From assembly GCA_947632535.1 (NCBI GenBank), contig CANRPR010000003.1, positions 1-52,518 on the forward strand: 52,518 nt of DNA, written 5' to 3'. The notes under the pieces were generated by a model. It had not been told where the DNA came from, made no database searches, and saw only the letters and a list, made by a program, of their open reading frames with translations. A program made the position numbers and the translations under genes. The stretch is from an uncultured Clostridia bacterium (GTDB taxonomy: Bacteria > Bacillota > Clostridia > TANB77 > CAG-508). Of this stretch, positions 39,189 to 50,344 are shown one piece after another (positions within the stretch are counted from its first letter, which is position 1; each line of letters starts with the position of its first letter).

Positions 39189-39857
39189 TTAGAAATTCTC
39201 CTTTAAATCTGCAATTACATCTTCTGCAACTTCTTTTCCAAATCTGTTTATTCTTTCACTTACTTCTTCTGTGCGAAGAACATTCTTGTTGCTATAAAAT
39301 TCAACTAAAGGACTTGTTTGTTTAAAATATGTGTCTAATCTACTTTTTACTGTTTCCTTTGTGTCATCTTTTCTTTGTATTAAATCTGATCCACATACAT
39401 CGCACTTTCCTTCTACTTTTGGTGGATTTAATTTTAAATTAAACACTGTTTTGCAATTTTGATTTGAGCAAATTCTTCTTGTTACAATTCTTTCTATTAC
39501 TTCTTCCTCTGGTGTTGTTAAATTTATAACTACATCTACTTTTTTTCCTCTTTTTGCAAAAAATCTATCTAATTCTTCTGCTTGTTCTATAGTTCTTGGA
39601 AATCCATCTAATATAACTCCATTTTCCATATCTGGCTGTTCTAATCTATTTTCTACTATTCTTATTGTTAAATCATCTGGAACCAAAGCCCCTTTTGATA
39701 AATATCCATCTAATTCTTGTCCTAAAGCATCTTTCTTTGCAATACATTCTCTAAAAATATCTCCACTTGATAAATGTGGTAGATTTAATCTTTCTTTCAA
39801 AATGGCTGCTACTGTTCCTTTTCCTGTTCCAGGTGCACCTAACATAATAATATTCAT
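39189..39857 (-). CDS. adk: adenylate kinase (zinc-lid type)
   Basis: MNIIMLGAPGTGKGT P-loop. Cys4 lid CSNQNC...CDVCG. Start at ATG 39857 after GAGGAG. Confidence 0.96.
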   Translation of the reverse strand: MNIIMLGAPGTGKGTVAAILKERLNLPHLSSGDIFRECIAKKDALGQELDGYLSKGALVPDDLTIRIVENRLEQPDMENGVILDGFPRTIEQAEELDRFFAKRGKKVDVVINLTTPEEEVIERIVTRRICSNQNCKTVFNLKLNPPKVEGKCDVCGSDLIQRKDDTKETVKSRLDTYFKQTSPLVEFYSNKNVLRTEEVSERINRFGKEVAEDVIADLKENF

Positions 39858-39896
39858 AATAACACTCCTCATCTCTTTAAATTTTAATACTCCTAT

Positions 39897-39925
39897 AATA
39901 TACATCTTTTTTTGCAATTTTTCAA
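39897..39925 (-). promoter_or_regulatory. possible internal promoter ahead of adk
   Basis: Minus strand TTGAAA (39925-39920), 17 nt, TATATT (39902-39897), just downstream of repeat copy D. Confidence 0.3.
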
Positions 39926-39958
39926 GAGTTTTTATGTATAATATATTATATTATGTAT

Positions 39959-40095
39959 AATAATTGCTTTGAACTTATTTCTAAATCCAAAGCAATTTTA
40001 TATATTTTTACGGCATTTTGCCAACTTGCATTTTTTATTAGAGAAGCGTCCCTATTTGGACAAAATGTCCAAAAAAGAACCGTCCCTATTTGGAC
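39959..40095 (+). repeat. composite intergenic repeat, copy D (unit region 40041-40095 plus hairpin/degenerate modules 39959-40040)
   Basis: GAGAAGCGTCCCTATTTGGACAAAATGTCCAAAAAAGAACCGTCCCTATTTGGAC. The right end overlaps the secY stop codon (40095-40097). The hairpin TTGCTTTGAA...TCCAAAGCAA and the GGCATTTTGCC module are homologous to copy A. Confidence 0.85.
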
Positions 40096-41411
40096 TATTC
40101 CAAAAATCCCTTATAATGTCTCATCATTAATTGAGATTCTAATTGTCTAACTGTTTCTAATGCAACACCAACTACGATAAGTATTGATGTTCCACCAAAT
40201 GCAACATTCATTCCAGTAAATCTCATTAGCATTGGTAAAATTGCTATTAAGGCTAGGAATAAACCTCCAAACCATGTTAATTTTGAAATAATAGAAGATA
40301 AATAATCTGCTGTTGGTTTTCCAGCTCTTATTCCTGGTATAAATCCTCCATTTTTCTTAATATTGTTTGCAACTTCTGCTGGGTTAAATGTTGCGTATGT
40401 GTAGAAGAATGTAAATCCTATTATTAATAATAAATATACTATTGCGTTAGCAATTGAATATCCAATTGGTACACTTGATGTTGATGTAGCAATTGAAAAC
40501 TTATATACTCCTGCCCAGAAACCTGTTTGTGTTGATATATCTTTTATAAATATTTGTAATATCATTGCAGGAAATGTCATAAATGATGATGCAAAAATAA
40601 CTGGCATTACACCTGCCATAGCAAGTTTTAATGGAATATGTGTATTTTGTGCTCCAACCATTTTTCTTCCTACTACTTTTTTAGAATATTGTACTGGTAT
40701 CCTTCTTTCAGCTTCTTGTACAAATACAACTCCGGCAACTAATATAATAGCTCCAATTATTATTCCAAGTGATAGTAATAATCCACTTGTGCTAAATGAA
40801 CCTGTTCCCATTATTAATCCCCATATTGTAGTAACAACTGATGGTAGGCTTGAAATAATACCTATAAAGATAATTATTGAAATACCATTTCCTATACCTT
40901 TACTTGTTATTTGCTCTCCTAACCACATTAATAAAGCTGTTCCTGTTAATAAAGATAATACCGTTAAAAATCCTGTTAAGAATCCTGGCTCAACAAATAC
41001 TCCAGAATTTCTGTATGATAAATAAATACCTAAAGCTTCTATTAATGCTAATATTAATGTTACAATTTTAGTATATCTATTTATTTTTGCTCTTCCTTCT
41101 TCTCCACCTTCTTTGGTTAACCTTTCTAATGCTGGTATAATCATGGCTAATAACTGTATTACGATAGATGCAGTAATATATGGTGTTATTGTCATTGCGA
41201 AAATTGAAAATCTAGAAAAAGCTCCTCCTGAAATTATATTAACTAATCCAGCAATACCATTGGCATCCATTGCTTCATTTAATGCAAATGAATTAACTCC
41301 TGGTATTGTAATAAAACATCCCATTCTAAATATAATAATTAATACTAATGTATATAATAATTTTTTTCTTACTTCTGGTGTTTTTAGTGCGTTTTTTATT
41401 GTATTAAACAA
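40095..41411 (-). CDS. secY: preprotein translocase subunit SecY
   Basis: 438 aa, 10 TM, with LLYTLVLIIIFRMGCFITIPGV; located between rplO and adk. TTG start. Confidence 0.97.
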   Translation of the reverse strand: MFNTIKNALKTPEVRKKLLYTLVLIIIFRMGCFITIPGVNSFALNEAMDANGIAGLVNIISGGAFSRFSIFAMTITPYITASIVIQLLAMIIPALERLTKEGGEEGRAKINRYTKIVTLILALIEALGIYLSYRNSGVFVEPGFLTGFLTVLSLLTGTALLMWLGEQITSKGIGNGISIIIFIGIISSLPSVVTTIWGLIMGTGSFSTSGLLLSLGIIIGAIILVAGVVFVQEAERRIPVQYSKKVVGRKMVGAQNTHIPLKLAMAGVMPVIFASSFMTFPAMILQIFIKDISTQTGFWAGVYKFSIATSTSSVPIGYSIANAIVYLLLIIGFTFFYTYATFNPAEVANNIKKNGGFIPGIRAGKPTADYLSSIISKLTWFGGLFLALIAILPMLMRFTGMNVAFGGTSILIVVGVALETVRQLESQLMMRHYKGFLE

Positions 41412-41846
41412 CTAAATCACCTCTATCTTTCCACCTGCAGCTTCAATTTTTTCAGTAGCAGATTTAGTAAATCTTTTAGCTTTAACAGTTAATTTCTTAT
41501 CTAAACTTCCTGTTCCAAGTATTACAATACCATCATTAACTTTAGATATAATTCCTTCAGCTAATAATGTTTCTGCACTTACTTCTGTTGCTTTAGACTT
41601 ATTAAGCATTGTTAATGTTACTTCTACATAATTTTTTGCATGTATATTAGTAAATCCTCTTTTTGGTAATCTTCTATATAATGGTGTTTGACCACCTTCA
41701 AATCCTCTTCTTACTCCTCCGCCAGATCTTGCTTTTTGTCCTTTATGACCTTTTCCTGAAGTTTTTCCTAATCCTGAACCAACTCCACGACCAAGTCTTT
41801 TTCTTGACTTTTTCTCAGTTACTGGACTTAAATTGTCTAATTGCAT
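41412..41846 (-). CDS. rplO: 50S ribosomal protein L15
   Basis: [26 protein letters not shown]. Start at ATG 41846, 7 nt after AAGGAGG. Confidence 0.96.
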   Translation of the reverse strand: MQLDNLSPVTEKKSRKRLGRGVGSGLGKTSGKGHKGQKARSGGGVRRGFEGGQTPLYRRLPKRGFTNIHAKNYVEVTLTMLNKSKATEVSAETLLAEGIISKVNDGIVILGTGSLDKKLTVKAKRFTKSATEKIEAAGGKIEVI

Positions 41847-41864
41847 TTTGTGCACCTCCTTAAA

Positions 41865-42356
41865 TTATAATATGTCTTCTACTTTTTTTCCTCTCTTTTT
41901 AGCTATTTCTTCAATAGTACTCATATTTTCTAGAGCATTAATAGTAGCATAAACAACATTTCTAGGATTATTTGTTCCTATAACTTTTGTTCTTATATCT
42001 TTATATCCTGCAAGTTCTAATACTGATCTTACGCTACCACCTGCTATAACTCCAGTACCTTCTGCTGCTGGTTTTAACATTACATTTGCACTACCAAATT
42101 TTCCAACATATTCATGTGGTATTGTTGTTCCTACTACTGGAACTGTTATTAAGTTCTTTTTAGCTTCTTGCATAGCTTTTCTTATTGCATCTGGAACTTC
42201 TGCTGCTTTTCCATTTCCAACTCCTATATGTCCATTTGAATCTCCAACTACAACAACTGCACTAAATCTAAAAGTTCTACCACCTTTTACAACCTTAGCT
42301 ACTCTATTAATAGCTACGACTTTCTCTTTTAATTCTACTGCGTTATCTTCTTGCAC
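41865..42356 (-). CDS. rpsE: 30S ribosomal protein S5
   Basis: [30 protein letters not shown] start. Confidence 0.97.
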   Translation of the reverse strand: MQEDNAVELKEKVVAINRVAKVVKGGRTFRFSAVVVVGDSNGHIGVGNGKAAEVPDAIRKAMQEAKKNLITVPVVGTTIPHEYVGKFGSANVMLKPAAEGTGVIAGGSVRSVLELAGYKDIRTKVIGTNNPRNVVYATINALENMSTIEEIAKKRGKKVEDIL

Positions 42357-42374
42357 TTAACTTTCCCTCCTTTT

Positions 42375-42734
42375 TTAGAATTCTAAACCTGCCTCACGAG
42401 CAGCTTCTGCTAATTCTTTTACTACTCCATGATATATATATCCACTTCTATCAAAAACAACTTCTTTAATATTTTTTTCAATAGCTCTTTTTGCAATTAA
42501 AGCTCCAACTTCTTTTGCTGCTTCTTTATTTGCATGTTTTGTTTTTACTTCTTTATCTAATGTAGAAGCACTAACAATTGTATTTGCAGCAACATCGTCA
42601 ATTATTTGTGCATATATGTTTGTATTGCTTCTATATACACATAATCTTGGACATTCTGCTGTACCACTTATTTTTCTACGAACACGAATATGTCTTCTTT
42701 CTCTTTGTGCTTTTCTATCTATTTTAGTAATCAT
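42375..42734 (-). CDS. rplR: 50S ribosomal protein L18
   Basis: [34 protein letters not shown]. Confidence 0.97.
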   Translation of the reverse strand: MITKIDRKAQRERRHIRVRRKISGTAECPRLCVYRSNTNIYAQIIDDVAANTIVSASTLDKEVKTKHANKEAAKEVGALIAKRAIEKNIKEVVFDRSGYIYHGVVKELAEAAREAGLEF

Positions 42735-42779
42735 TTTCTTCTCCTTTCTGCTAATGTAACAGCATTAGCTTACTATCCT

Positions 42780-43319
42780 TTATTTCTTACCAGTTTTACC
42801 TTCCTTGCGTCTAATAACCTCTTCAGCATATTTAATACCTTTACCTCTATATACTTCAGGTGGTCTTTTAGTTCTAATTACAGCAGCTGTTTGACCAACT
42901 AATTCTTTGTCAACTCCTCTTACTATAATTGTATTAGGATTTGGAACATCAAATGTAATTCCTGTTGGTTCTTCCATTTCTACTGGATGAGAATATCCTA
43001 AACTCATTACTATTTTCTTTCCTTGTTTTTGTACTCTATATCCAACACCATTAATTTGTAATTCTCTTGTGAATTCTTCCTTTACACCACGAACCATGTT
43101 ATTGATTAATGCTCTTGATAATCCATGTAAACTTCTATTTAATGCTTCGTCATCATCTCTTTTTAGAGTAATTACATTATTTTCTAATGATACATGAATA
43201 TTTGGATGTATCTCTCTTTCTAAAGTTCCTTTTGGTCCTTTTACAGTAATTTTGTTACCATCTACTTTTACTTCAACATCTGATGGCACTGTAATAGGAC
43301 TATTTCCTATTCTTGACAT
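42780..43319 (-). CDS. rplF: 50S ribosomal protein L6
   Basis: MSRIGNSPITVPSDVEVKVDGNKITVKGPKG. Confidence 0.97.
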   Translation of the reverse strand: MSRIGNSPITVPSDVEVKVDGNKITVKGPKGTLEREIHPNIHVSLENNVITLKRDDDEALNRSLHGLSRALINNMVRGVKEEFTRELQINGVGYRVQKQGKKIVMSLGYSHPVEMEEPTGITFDVPNPNTIIVRGVDKELVGQTAAVIRTKRPPEVYRGKGIKYAEEVIRRKEGKTGKK

Positions 43320-43352
43320 TTCTTTTTCACCTCTTTATTTTAGAATTTTATA

Positions 43353-43751
43353 TTACCAGATATAAGCTAAAACTTCTCCACCTATACCTTCTTGTCTTGC
43401 TTTTTTATCTGTCATAATACCTTTTGATGTAGATATTAATGCTATTCCAAGACCGTTTAATACTTTTGGTAATTCGTCTTTTGCTGCATAAACTCTTAAA
43501 CCTGGTTTACTAATTCTTTTTAATCCAGCAATTACTTTTTTACCTTTTTCATCATATTTTAATGTAATTCTAATTACACCTTGATTTTCATTACTTACTT
43601 CTTCAAATGCTTTTATATATCCTTCTTCGAATAAGATTTCTGCTATTGCCTTCTTTATGTTTGAAGCTGGTATATCAACAGTTTTATGTTTTGAAGTACC
43701 TGCATTTCTTATTCTTGTTAACATATCTGCTATTGGGTCTGTAGTATTCAT
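43353..43751 (-). CDS. rpsH: 30S ribosomal protein S8
   Basis: [13 protein letters not shown] ... GGEVLAYIW. Confidence 0.97.
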   Translation of the reverse strand: MNTTDPIADMLTRIRNAGTSKHKTVDIPASNIKKAIAEILFEEGYIKAFEEVSNENQGVIRITLKYDEKGKKVIAGLKRISKPGLRVYAAKDELPKVLNGLGIALISTSKGIMTDKKARQEGIGGEVLAYIW

Positions 43752-43827
43752 TAATTCTTAAACCTCCTTTTTTGTTTCTAAGGATTTACCATCACTATAA
43801 TATGGTTTTCACCTTAGTATTTTTATA

Positions 43828-44013
43828 TTACCAACTTGCTTTTTTTACACCTGGAATTTCACCTTCATGAGCCATTTTTCTAAAGCATACACGGCAAATT
43901 CCATATTTCCTAATATATGCATGTGGTCTTCCACAAATTTTACATCTGTTATATTCTCTTGTTTTATACTTTTGTGGTTTTTGTTGTTTTATAATCATTG
44001 ACTTTTTAGCCAT
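43828..44013 (-). CDS. rpsN: 30S ribosomal protein S14, type Z (zinc-binding, 61 aa)
   Basis: CxxC...CxxC ([20 protein letters not shown]), ends KKASW. Confidence 0.97.
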   Translation of the reverse strand: MAKKSMIIKQQKPQKYKTREYNRCKICGRPHAYIRKYGICRVCFRKMAHEGEIPGVKKASW

Positions 44014-44062
44014 AGTTTTCTCCTTCCTTCAACCTTTAATATTGTAAATTAATTCTTTCTAA

Positions 44063-44602
44063 TTAATTTTTAAATGGCATTCCTAAAAGTGTTAATAACT
44101 CTTTAGCTTCCTCATCAGATTTAGCTGTTGTTACGAATATAATATCCATTCCTCTTAATTTATCAACTTTATCATATTCAATTTCAGGAAAAATTAATTG
44201 CTCTTTAATACCCATTGAATAGTTTCCTCTACCATCAAATGAATCTGGTGAAACTCCTCTAAAGTCTCTAACTCTTGGTAATGCTACATTAAATAATTTA
44301 TATGCAAAATCATACATCTTTCCACTTCTTAATGTAACTTTACAACCAACATTTGCACCTTCTCTTAACTTAAATGCAGCAATTGACTTTTTAGCCTTTG
44401 TTACAACTGGTTTTTGACCTGTTATAATGCTTAAGTCATTTATAGCATTATCTAATGATTTAGGATTATCTCTAATATCTCCTAATCCTATATTTATAAC
44501 GATTTTTTCTAGCTTTGGAACTTCCATTATAGATTTATAATTGAATTTTTTCATTAAAGCTGGAATTATTTCTTTTTGATATTGTTCTCTTAATACTTCC
44601 AT
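44063..44602 (-). CDS. rplE: 50S ribosomal protein L5
   Basis: [14 protein letters not shown] ... [20 protein letters not shown]. Confidence 0.97.
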   Translation of the reverse strand: MEVLREQYQKEIIPALMKKFNYKSIMEVPKLEKIVINIGLGDIRDNPKSLDNAINDLSIITGQKPVVTKAKKSIAAFKLREGANVGCKVTLRSGKMYDFAYKLFNVALPRVRDFRGVSPDSFDGRGNYSMGIKEQLIFPEIEYDKVDKLRGMDIIFVTTAKSDEEAKELLTLLGMPFKN

Positions 44603-44628
44603 CTGGATTTAATCCTCCTTTCCTACAT

Positions 44629-44937
44629 TTATTTTAATTTTTGACCGCATTTCTTACAAACACGCACTTTTTCGTCTTTTTCTATTACATAACCTATTCT
44701 TGTTGCTTTATTGCATTTTGGACATACCACATTTACTTTTGCACTATGTATAGCACATTCTACTGGTATAATTCCACCTTCTTCACCTTGTTTTCTAGGT
44801 TTAATATGTTTTTTTCTAACATTAACGCCTTTTACAATTACTTTTTGTGTTTTTGGTATTACTTCTAAAACTTCTCCTGTTTTACCTTTATCATTTCCTG
44901 ATAAAACTTTAACAGTATCTCCTTTTTTTATTTTCAT
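44629..44937 (-). CDS. rplX: 50S ribosomal protein L24 (with CxxC...CxxC pair)
   Basis: MKIKKGDTVKVLSGNDKGKTGEVL KOW motif. C-terminal CPKC...CKKC. Confidence 0.96.
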   Translation of the reverse strand: MKIKKGDTVKVLSGNDKGKTGEVLEVIPKTQKVIVKGVNVRKKHIKPRKQGEEGGIIPVECAIHSAKVNVVCPKCNKATRIGYVIEKDEKVRVCKKCGQKLK

Positions 44938-44990
44938 TACAGATTTTCACCTCTTTTTATAAGTTTTATTTCTCAATACTAATATTTTTA

Positions 44991-45359
44991 TTATAGTACT
45001 TCTGGAGCAAGTGAAATAATTTTCATATAATCTTGATCTCTTAATTCTCTTGCTACTGGTCCAAATATACGAGTACCTCTTGGAGTTTTATCGTCACGAA
45101 TAATAACTGCTGCATTTTCGTCAAATTTCAAATAAGAACCATCGGCGCGTCTTATACCTTTTTTTGTTCTTACTACAACAGCTTTAACAACTTCTCCTTT
45201 TTTTACAACGCCGCCTGGTATTGCTGTTTTTACAGAAGCAACTATTACATCTCCAATTTCTGCATATTTTCTATAAGAACCGCCTAAACATCTAATGCAC
45301 ATAATTTCTCTTGCACCAGTGTTATCAGCAACTTTTAATATACTTTGTTGTTGTACCAT
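44991..45359 (-). CDS. rplN: 50S ribosomal protein L14
   Basis: [23 protein letters not shown]. Confidence 0.98.
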   Translation of the reverse strand: MVQQQSILKVADNTGAREIMCIRCLGGSYRKYAEIGDVIVASVKTAIPGGVVKKGEVVKAVVVRTKKGIRRADGSYLKFDENAAVIIRDDKTPRGTRIFGPVARELRDQDYMKIISLAPEVL

Positions 45360-45410
45360 TTTTTTCCCTCCTCATTTTCGGAAGCTTGATGCACCTTGCA
45401 TCTACAACCT

Positions 45411-45674
45411 TTATTTAACAACTGCTTTTTCCATAATTTCAACAACTCTCCATCTTTTATCCTTTGAAAGAGGTCTTGTTTCCATTACTTTAACTTTATC
45501 TCCAACGCCACATTTATTTTCTTCATCATGTGCCTTTAATTTGTATGTTCTTTTTACTATTTTTCCATACATATCATGTTTTACATTTGTTTGTACAGCA
45601 ACAACAACTGTTTTATCCATTTTGTCAGATACTACTGTACCAACCATAACTTTACGAAGATTTCTTTCTTCCAT
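45411..45674 (-). CDS. rpsQ: 30S ribosomal protein S17
   Basis: [21 protein letters not shown]... Confidence 0.97.
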   Translation of the reverse strand: MEERNLRKVMVGTVVSDKMDKTVVVAVQTNVKHDMYGKIVKRTYKLKAHDEENKCGVGDKVKVMETRPLSKDKRWRVVEIMEKAVVK

Positions 45675-45700
45675 AATTTTCTCCTTTCCTTATAGGATTA

Positions 45701-45898
45701 TTATTTATTTGTTAATTCTCTTTGTTTTAAGACTGTATTAATTCTAGCAATGTCTTTTTTCACTTCTCTTATTTTCATTGGATTATCTAATCCATTTGTA
45801 GCTAGACTAAATCTTAATTTGAATAATTCATTTTTCAATTCGCCTAGTTCTTTTTCTAGTTCTGGTGAAGACATTTCATTTATTTTATTTATCTTCAT
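45701..45898 (-). CDS. rpmC: 50S ribosomal protein L29
   Basis: [33 protein letters not shown] 45898 overlaps the end of rplP. Confidence 0.95.
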   Translation of the reverse strand: MKINKINEMSSPELEKELGELKNELFKLRFSLATNGLDNPMKIREVKKDIARINTVLKQRELTNK

Positions 45899-46328
45899 CA
45901 CTATCACCACCTACTTCAGTTTCTCTTGTAACAAATTTTGTTTTGATTGGTAGTTTATTAGCAGCTAATCTTAAAGCTTCTCTTGCAACATCTTCTGATA
46001 CATCTGCAATTTCAAATAAAACTCTACCTGGTTTTACCACTGCTACCCAAAATTCTGGAGCTCCTTTACCTTTACCCATACGAGTATCAGCTGGTTTCTT
46101 TGTTACTGGTTTGTCTGGGAAAATTTTAATCCAAACTTTACCACCTCTTTTTATATAACGAGTCATTGCAACACGGGCTGCTTCTATTTGATTTGTTGTA
46201 ATCCAAGCAGCTTCTAGTGCTTGCATTCCATATTGTCCATCACTTACTACATTTCCTCTTGTTGCCTTTCCTCTATTTCTACCTTTTTGCATTTTTCTAT
46301 ATTTTGTTCTTTTTGGTATTAATGGCAT
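45885..46328 (-). CDS. rplP: 50S ribosomal protein L16
   Basis: [20 protein letters not shown]. Confidence 0.98.
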   Translation of the reverse strand: MPLIPKRTKYRKMQKGRNRGKATRGNVVSDGQYGMQALEAAWITTNQIEAARVAMTRYIKRGGKVWIKIFPDKPVTKKPADTRMGKGKGAPEFWVAVVKPGRVLFEIADVSEDVAREALRLAANKLPIKTKFVTRETEVGGDSDEDK

Positions 46329-46990
46329 TATTTGTCTCCTCCTTCCACTTTTTCTTTCTTAGTTGGAAGAACTTCACCTTTATAAATCCAAACTTTAACA
46401 CCTATTTTTCCATAAGTAGTATTAGCTTCATAGAAACCGTAATCAATATCTGCTCTTAAAGTTTGAAGTGGAATAGTACCTTCTTTATAGAATTCTGTTC
46501 TAGCCATATCAGCTCCACCTAATCTACCAGATACAGAAGTTTTTATTCCTAAAGCACCTGCTTTCATTGTTTTTTGCATTGCTTGTTTCATAGCACGTCT
46601 GAATGAAATTCTTCTTTCTAGTTGAGCACAAATATTTTCTGCAACTAGTTGTGCATCTAAATCAATATTTTTAACCTCAACTATATTTAAATTTACTTCT
46701 TTTCCTATCATTTTTTGTAACTCATTTTTTAATGTATCTGCAAGAGCTCCACCTTTTCCTATTACTAATCCTGGTTTTGCTGTATATACATTAACTTTTA
46801 TCATTTTAGCTGTTCTTTCTATTTCTATTTTAGAAATACCGCTCATAAATAATTTTTTCTTAACATATTCACGGATTTTATGGTCTTCTACTAAATAATC
46901 ACTAAAGTTTTTAGAATCAGCATACCATTTTGAATTCCAGTCTTTAATTACACCAATTCTTAATCCTTGTGGATGCATTTTTTGTCCCAT
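46328..46990 (-). CDS. rpsC: 30S ribosomal protein S3
   Basis: [24 protein letters not shown]. Confidence 0.98.
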   Translation of the reverse strand: MGQKMHPQGLRIGVIKDWNSKWYADSKNFSDYLVEDHKIREYVKKKLFMSGISKIEIERTAKMIKVNVYTAKPGLVIGKGGALADTLKNELQKMIGKEVNLNIVEVKNIDLDAQLVAENICAQLERRISFRRAMKQAMQKTMKAGALGIKTSVSGRLGGADMARTEFYKEGTIPLQTLRADIDYGFYEANTTYGKIGVKVWIYKGEVLPTKKEKVEGGDK

Positions 46991-47008
46991 ATTTGTAAAT
47001 CCTCCTTT

Positions 47009-47368
47009 CTACACTCTCTCTTTTAAAACTATTGTTATATGACTTGTTCTTTTTCTTATTCTAACTGCAGAACCTTTTGCAGCTGGTCTTATTCTCCTTA
47101 ATGTTGGACCTTGATTTGCATATATTTGGTCTACATATAAATTACTTGAACTCATACCATGGTTATTCTCTGCATTGGCAATTGCTGATTTTAATAATTT
47201 TTCAATTATATCAGATGATGCCTTTGGTGTGAATTTTACTATAGCTAAAGCTTCATTAACATGTTTACCTCTAATAAGGTCTGCTACAATTTTTACTTTT
47301 CTCGCAGAAATTCTAGCATATCTTAATGTTGCACTAGCTTGTTTTACTGTTTCTTGCATTTCTTCCAC
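47009..47368 (-). CDS. rplV: 50S ribosomal protein L22
   Basis: [23 protein letters not shown]. Start uncertain: GTG 47368 is 8 nt after GGAGG, and ATG 47359 is the alternative. Confidence 0.93.
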   Translation of the reverse strand: MEEMQETVKQASATLRYARISARKVKIVADLIRGKHVNEALAIVKFTPKASSDIIEKLLKSAIANAENNHGMSSSNLYVDQIYANQGPTLRRIRPAAKGSAVRIRKRTSHITIVLKERV

Positions 47369-47404
47369 TTGCAATACCTCCTTCAATTTTTAGACTTTAT
47401 ATCT

Positions 47405-47686
47405 CTAATTTTTAACAGTCGTAGCTTTTTCTCCTGAATGACCTTTAAATGTTCTTGTAGGAGCAAATTCGCCTAATTTATGTCCTATCATTTCTTCAGT
47501 AATATATATTGGAACATGTTTTCTTCCATCATGAACAGCTATTGTATGTCCAACCATTTGTGGATATATTGTAGATGCTCTTGACCATGTTTTTAAAACT
47601 TCTTTTTTTCCAGTTTCATTCATTGCTTCTACTCTTTTTAATAATTCAGGAGCAACAAATGGTACTTTTTTACTTGATCTTGACAT
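47405..47686 (-). CDS. rpsS: 30S ribosomal protein S19
   Basis: [16 protein letters not shown] ... [16 protein letters not shown]. Confidence 0.98.
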   Translation of the reverse strand: MSRSSKKVPFVAPELLKRVEAMNETGKKEVLKTWSRASTIYPQMVGHTIAVHDGRKHVPIYITEEMIGHKLGEFAPTRTFKGHSGEKATTVKN

Positions 47687-47702
47687 GTATTATTTCCTCC
47701 TT

Positions 47703-48533
47703 CTATTTTCTTCTCTTAACTATAAATTTATTTGTTGACTTATTTTTCTTTCTTGTCTTGTATCCTAGAGCTGGTTTACCCCAAGGAGTTAATGGTCCTG
47801 CGTGTCCTACTGGTGCTCTACCTTCACCACCACCATGAGGGTGATCTACTGGGTTCATTACAGAACCTCTAACTGTAGGTCTAATTCCCATATGTCTTGT
47901 TCTTCCTGCTTTACCTAGTTTAACATTTTCATGATCTGTATTTCCTATTGTTCCAATAGTAGCTCTACATTTTGTCATGACTAATCTCATTTCTCCAGAA
48001 GGTAATCTAACATGTGCATATTTTCCTTCTTTAGCCATTAATTGTGCACTTTGTCCAGCTGCTCTTACCATTTTTCCACCTTGTCCTGGATTTAATTCTA
48101 TATTGTGAATTAAAGTACCAACTGGTATGTTTTCAATAAGCATACAGTTTCCTGGTTTAATATCTGCACTTTCTCCTGCTACAACTTTATCTCCATCTTT
48201 TAATCCAATTGGTGCTAATATATATGCTTTTTCTCCATCAGCATATTCAATTAATGCTATATTTGCACTTCTGTTTGGATCATATTCAATACCAATAACA
48301 GTTGCTTCCATGTTATCTTTACTATTTCTTTTAAAATCAATCATTCTATATTTTTGTCTATTTCCTCCACCTTGATGTCTAACTGTAATTCTACCATATG
48401 AGTTTCTACCTGCATTTTTCTTTTTCTTAGCAAGTAAAGATTTCTCAGGTGTTTTTTTAGTTATTTCATCAAAAGTTGAAACTGTCATGTTTCTTCTTGA
48501 TGGAGTATATGGTTTAAAATGTTTCATTGCCAT
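47703..48533 (-). CDS. rplB: 50S ribosomal protein L2
   Basis: [17 protein letters not shown] ... [14 protein letters not shown]. Start at ATG 48533 after AAAGGAG. Confidence 0.97.
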   Translation of the reverse strand: MAMKHFKPYTPSRRNMTVSTFDEITKKTPEKSLLAKKKKNAGRNSYGRITVRHQGGGNRQKYRMIDFKRNSKDNMEATVIGIEYDPNRSANIALIEYADGEKAYILAPIGLKDGDKVVAGESADIKPGNCMLIENIPVGTLIHNIELNPGQGGKMVRAAGQSAQLMAKEGKYAHVRLPSGEMRLVMTKCRATIGTIGNTDHENVKLGKAGRTRHMGIRPTVRGSVMNPVDHPHGGGEGRAPVGHAGPLTPWGKPALGYKTRKKNKSTNKFIVKRRK

Positions 48534-48651
48534 TTTAATTTCTCCTTTCAACTTATATATGGATTTTTTCCTGCTCCATATTAACAGATATTTTTTATTT
48601 TCCTGGTATTTTCCAGATATTTTTCATTATTTATTGTTAATGTTTCTAATC

Positions 48652-48999
48652 TTATGCTCCCATGAATTCATCTATTGAATCTTTGTATTTCTTAGATACT
48701 TTAACTTCTTTTCCACCTTTTCCTAAATACTTCATATCTTGTGGATTTGTTTCTATGGTAACAATAGCTTTTTTCCAATCTGAAGTCTTTCCGATTCGTC
48801 CATTAACTCTTTTTTCTTTTCCTTTTACATTAACAGTATTTACTTTTAGTACCTTTACTTCAAATAATTTTTCTACTGCGTTTGTAATATCTACTTTTGT
48901 TGCTTTTTTATTAACCTCAAAGGTATACTTTCCAACTTGTATCCCATCATTACTTTTTTCTGTAATAACTGGTCTAATAATAACATCTTCTGGTTTCAT
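48652..48999 (-). CDS. rplW: 50S ribosomal protein L23 (C-terminally extended)
   Basis: [12 protein letters not shown]... with about 20 extra C-terminal residues. Confidence 0.95.
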   Translation of the reverse strand: MKPEDVIIRPVITEKSNDGIQVGKYTFEVNKKATKVDITNAVEKLFEVKVLKVNTVNVKGKEKRVNGRIGKTSDWKKAIVTIETNPQDMKYLGKGGKEVKVSKKYKDSIDEFMGA

Positions 49000-49622
49000 T
49001 ATGCGTACACCTCCTCTAATTTCTTAACAGCATCTACTGTTACAACAAGCTTTTTATATTTTAATAAATCATATACATTTATTGTATTTACTAGTGTTGT
49101 TTTAACACCTTCAATATTTCTTGCTGATTTTTGTACATTTTCATTTTTCTCAGGTAGTAATATTAAAGTTCTTCCTTCTACTTTTAATTTATTTAAGGCA
49201 TCCGCCATTTTTTTAGTTTTGATTTCTTTTAATTCCATTTTATCAACAACTACTAATTCGTTTTCAATAACTTTAGAGCTTAATAAAGATTTGATTGCTA
49301 ATCTTCTTTCTTTTTTATTTACTCTATATTTATAGCTACGTGGTTTTGGTCCTAATGCTATACCTCCACCAACCCAGTGTGGAGCACGGATACTTCCTTG
49401 TCTTGCTCTACCTGTTCCTTTTTGTCTCCAAGGTTTCTTTCCGCCACCAGATACTTCTGATCTAGTTTTTGTACTCTGTGTTCCTTGTCTTTGATTAGCT
49501 AAGAAATTAATTAGTACATTATGTACTACAGCTTCATTTGGTTCAATTCCAAATACTGCTTCGTTTAATTCTATATCGCTAACTTTTTTACCTTCCATAT
49601 TATATACATCTATTTTAGGCAT
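48999..49622 (-). CDS. rplD: 50S ribosomal protein L4
   Basis: [26 protein letters not shown]. Confidence 0.98.
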   Translation of the reverse strand: MPKIDVYNMEGKKVSDIELNEAVFGIEPNEAVVHNVLINFLANQRQGTQSTKTRSEVSGGGKKPWRQKGTGRARQGSIRAPHWVGGGIALGPKPRSYKYRVNKKERRLAIKSLLSSKVIENELVVVDKMELKEIKTKKMADALNKLKVEGRTLILLPEKNENVQKSARNIEGVKTTLVNTINVYDLLKYKKLVVTVDAVKKLEEVYA

Positions 49623-49641
49623 GTCTTATCCTCCTTCCTCT

Positions 49642-50274
49642 CTATTTACTAGCCTTTACTGTTGATTTTACTTTTAAGATAGCACCTTTTGGACCTGGTA
49701 CACTACCTTTTACTAAAATAACATTTTTGTCTAAATCTATTCTTACAACATCTAAATTTTGTATCGTAACAGTTTGAACTCCCATGTGTCCTGGTAATTT
49801 TTTACCTTTAAATACTCTACCTGGTGTTGATGTTGGTCCCATTGAACCTGGTCTTCTATGATACATAGAACCATGTCCCATTGGTCCTCTTGATTGTCCA
49901 TGTCTTTTTATAACACCTTGGAATCCTTTTCCTTTTGTTGTTCCTTGAACATCTATTTTATCTCCAATTGCAAAAACATCTGCTTTAACTTCATCTCCAA
50001 CTTTTAGTTCTTGAACATTGTCTACTCTAAATTCTCTTAAATGTTTTTTGTTAGCAATGTTTGCTTTTGCAAAATGACCTTTCTCTGGTTTATTAATGTG
50101 TTTATCTTTTACTTCTCCATATCCTAATTGAATAGCATTGTATCCATCTGTTTCAACAGTTTTTACTTGTGCAACTGTGCATGGACCTGCTTCAATTACT
50201 GTAACTGGAATAACTGAACCTTTTTCATCAAATATTTGTGTCATTCCAATTTTCTTTCCTATAATTGCTTTCAT
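49642..50274 (-). CDS. rplC: 50S ribosomal protein L3
   Basis: [19 protein letters not shown]. Confidence 0.98.
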   Translation of the reverse strand: MKAIIGKKIGMTQIFDEKGSVIPVTVIEAGPCTVAQVKTVETDGYNAIQLGYGEVKDKHINKPEKGHFAKANIANKKHLREFRVDNVQELKVGDEVKADVFAIGDKIDVQGTTKGKGFQGVIKRHGQSRGPMGHGSMYHRRPGSMGPTSTPGRVFKGKKLPGHMGVQTVTIQNLDVVRIDLDKNVILVKGSVPGPKGAILKVKSTVKASK

Positions 50275-50344
50275 TTAAATTTTCCTCCTAACTATTGGCT
50301 AATCTTATTTTTGACTAGCTTGGCTTTGATTTTGCTTTTTAAAA

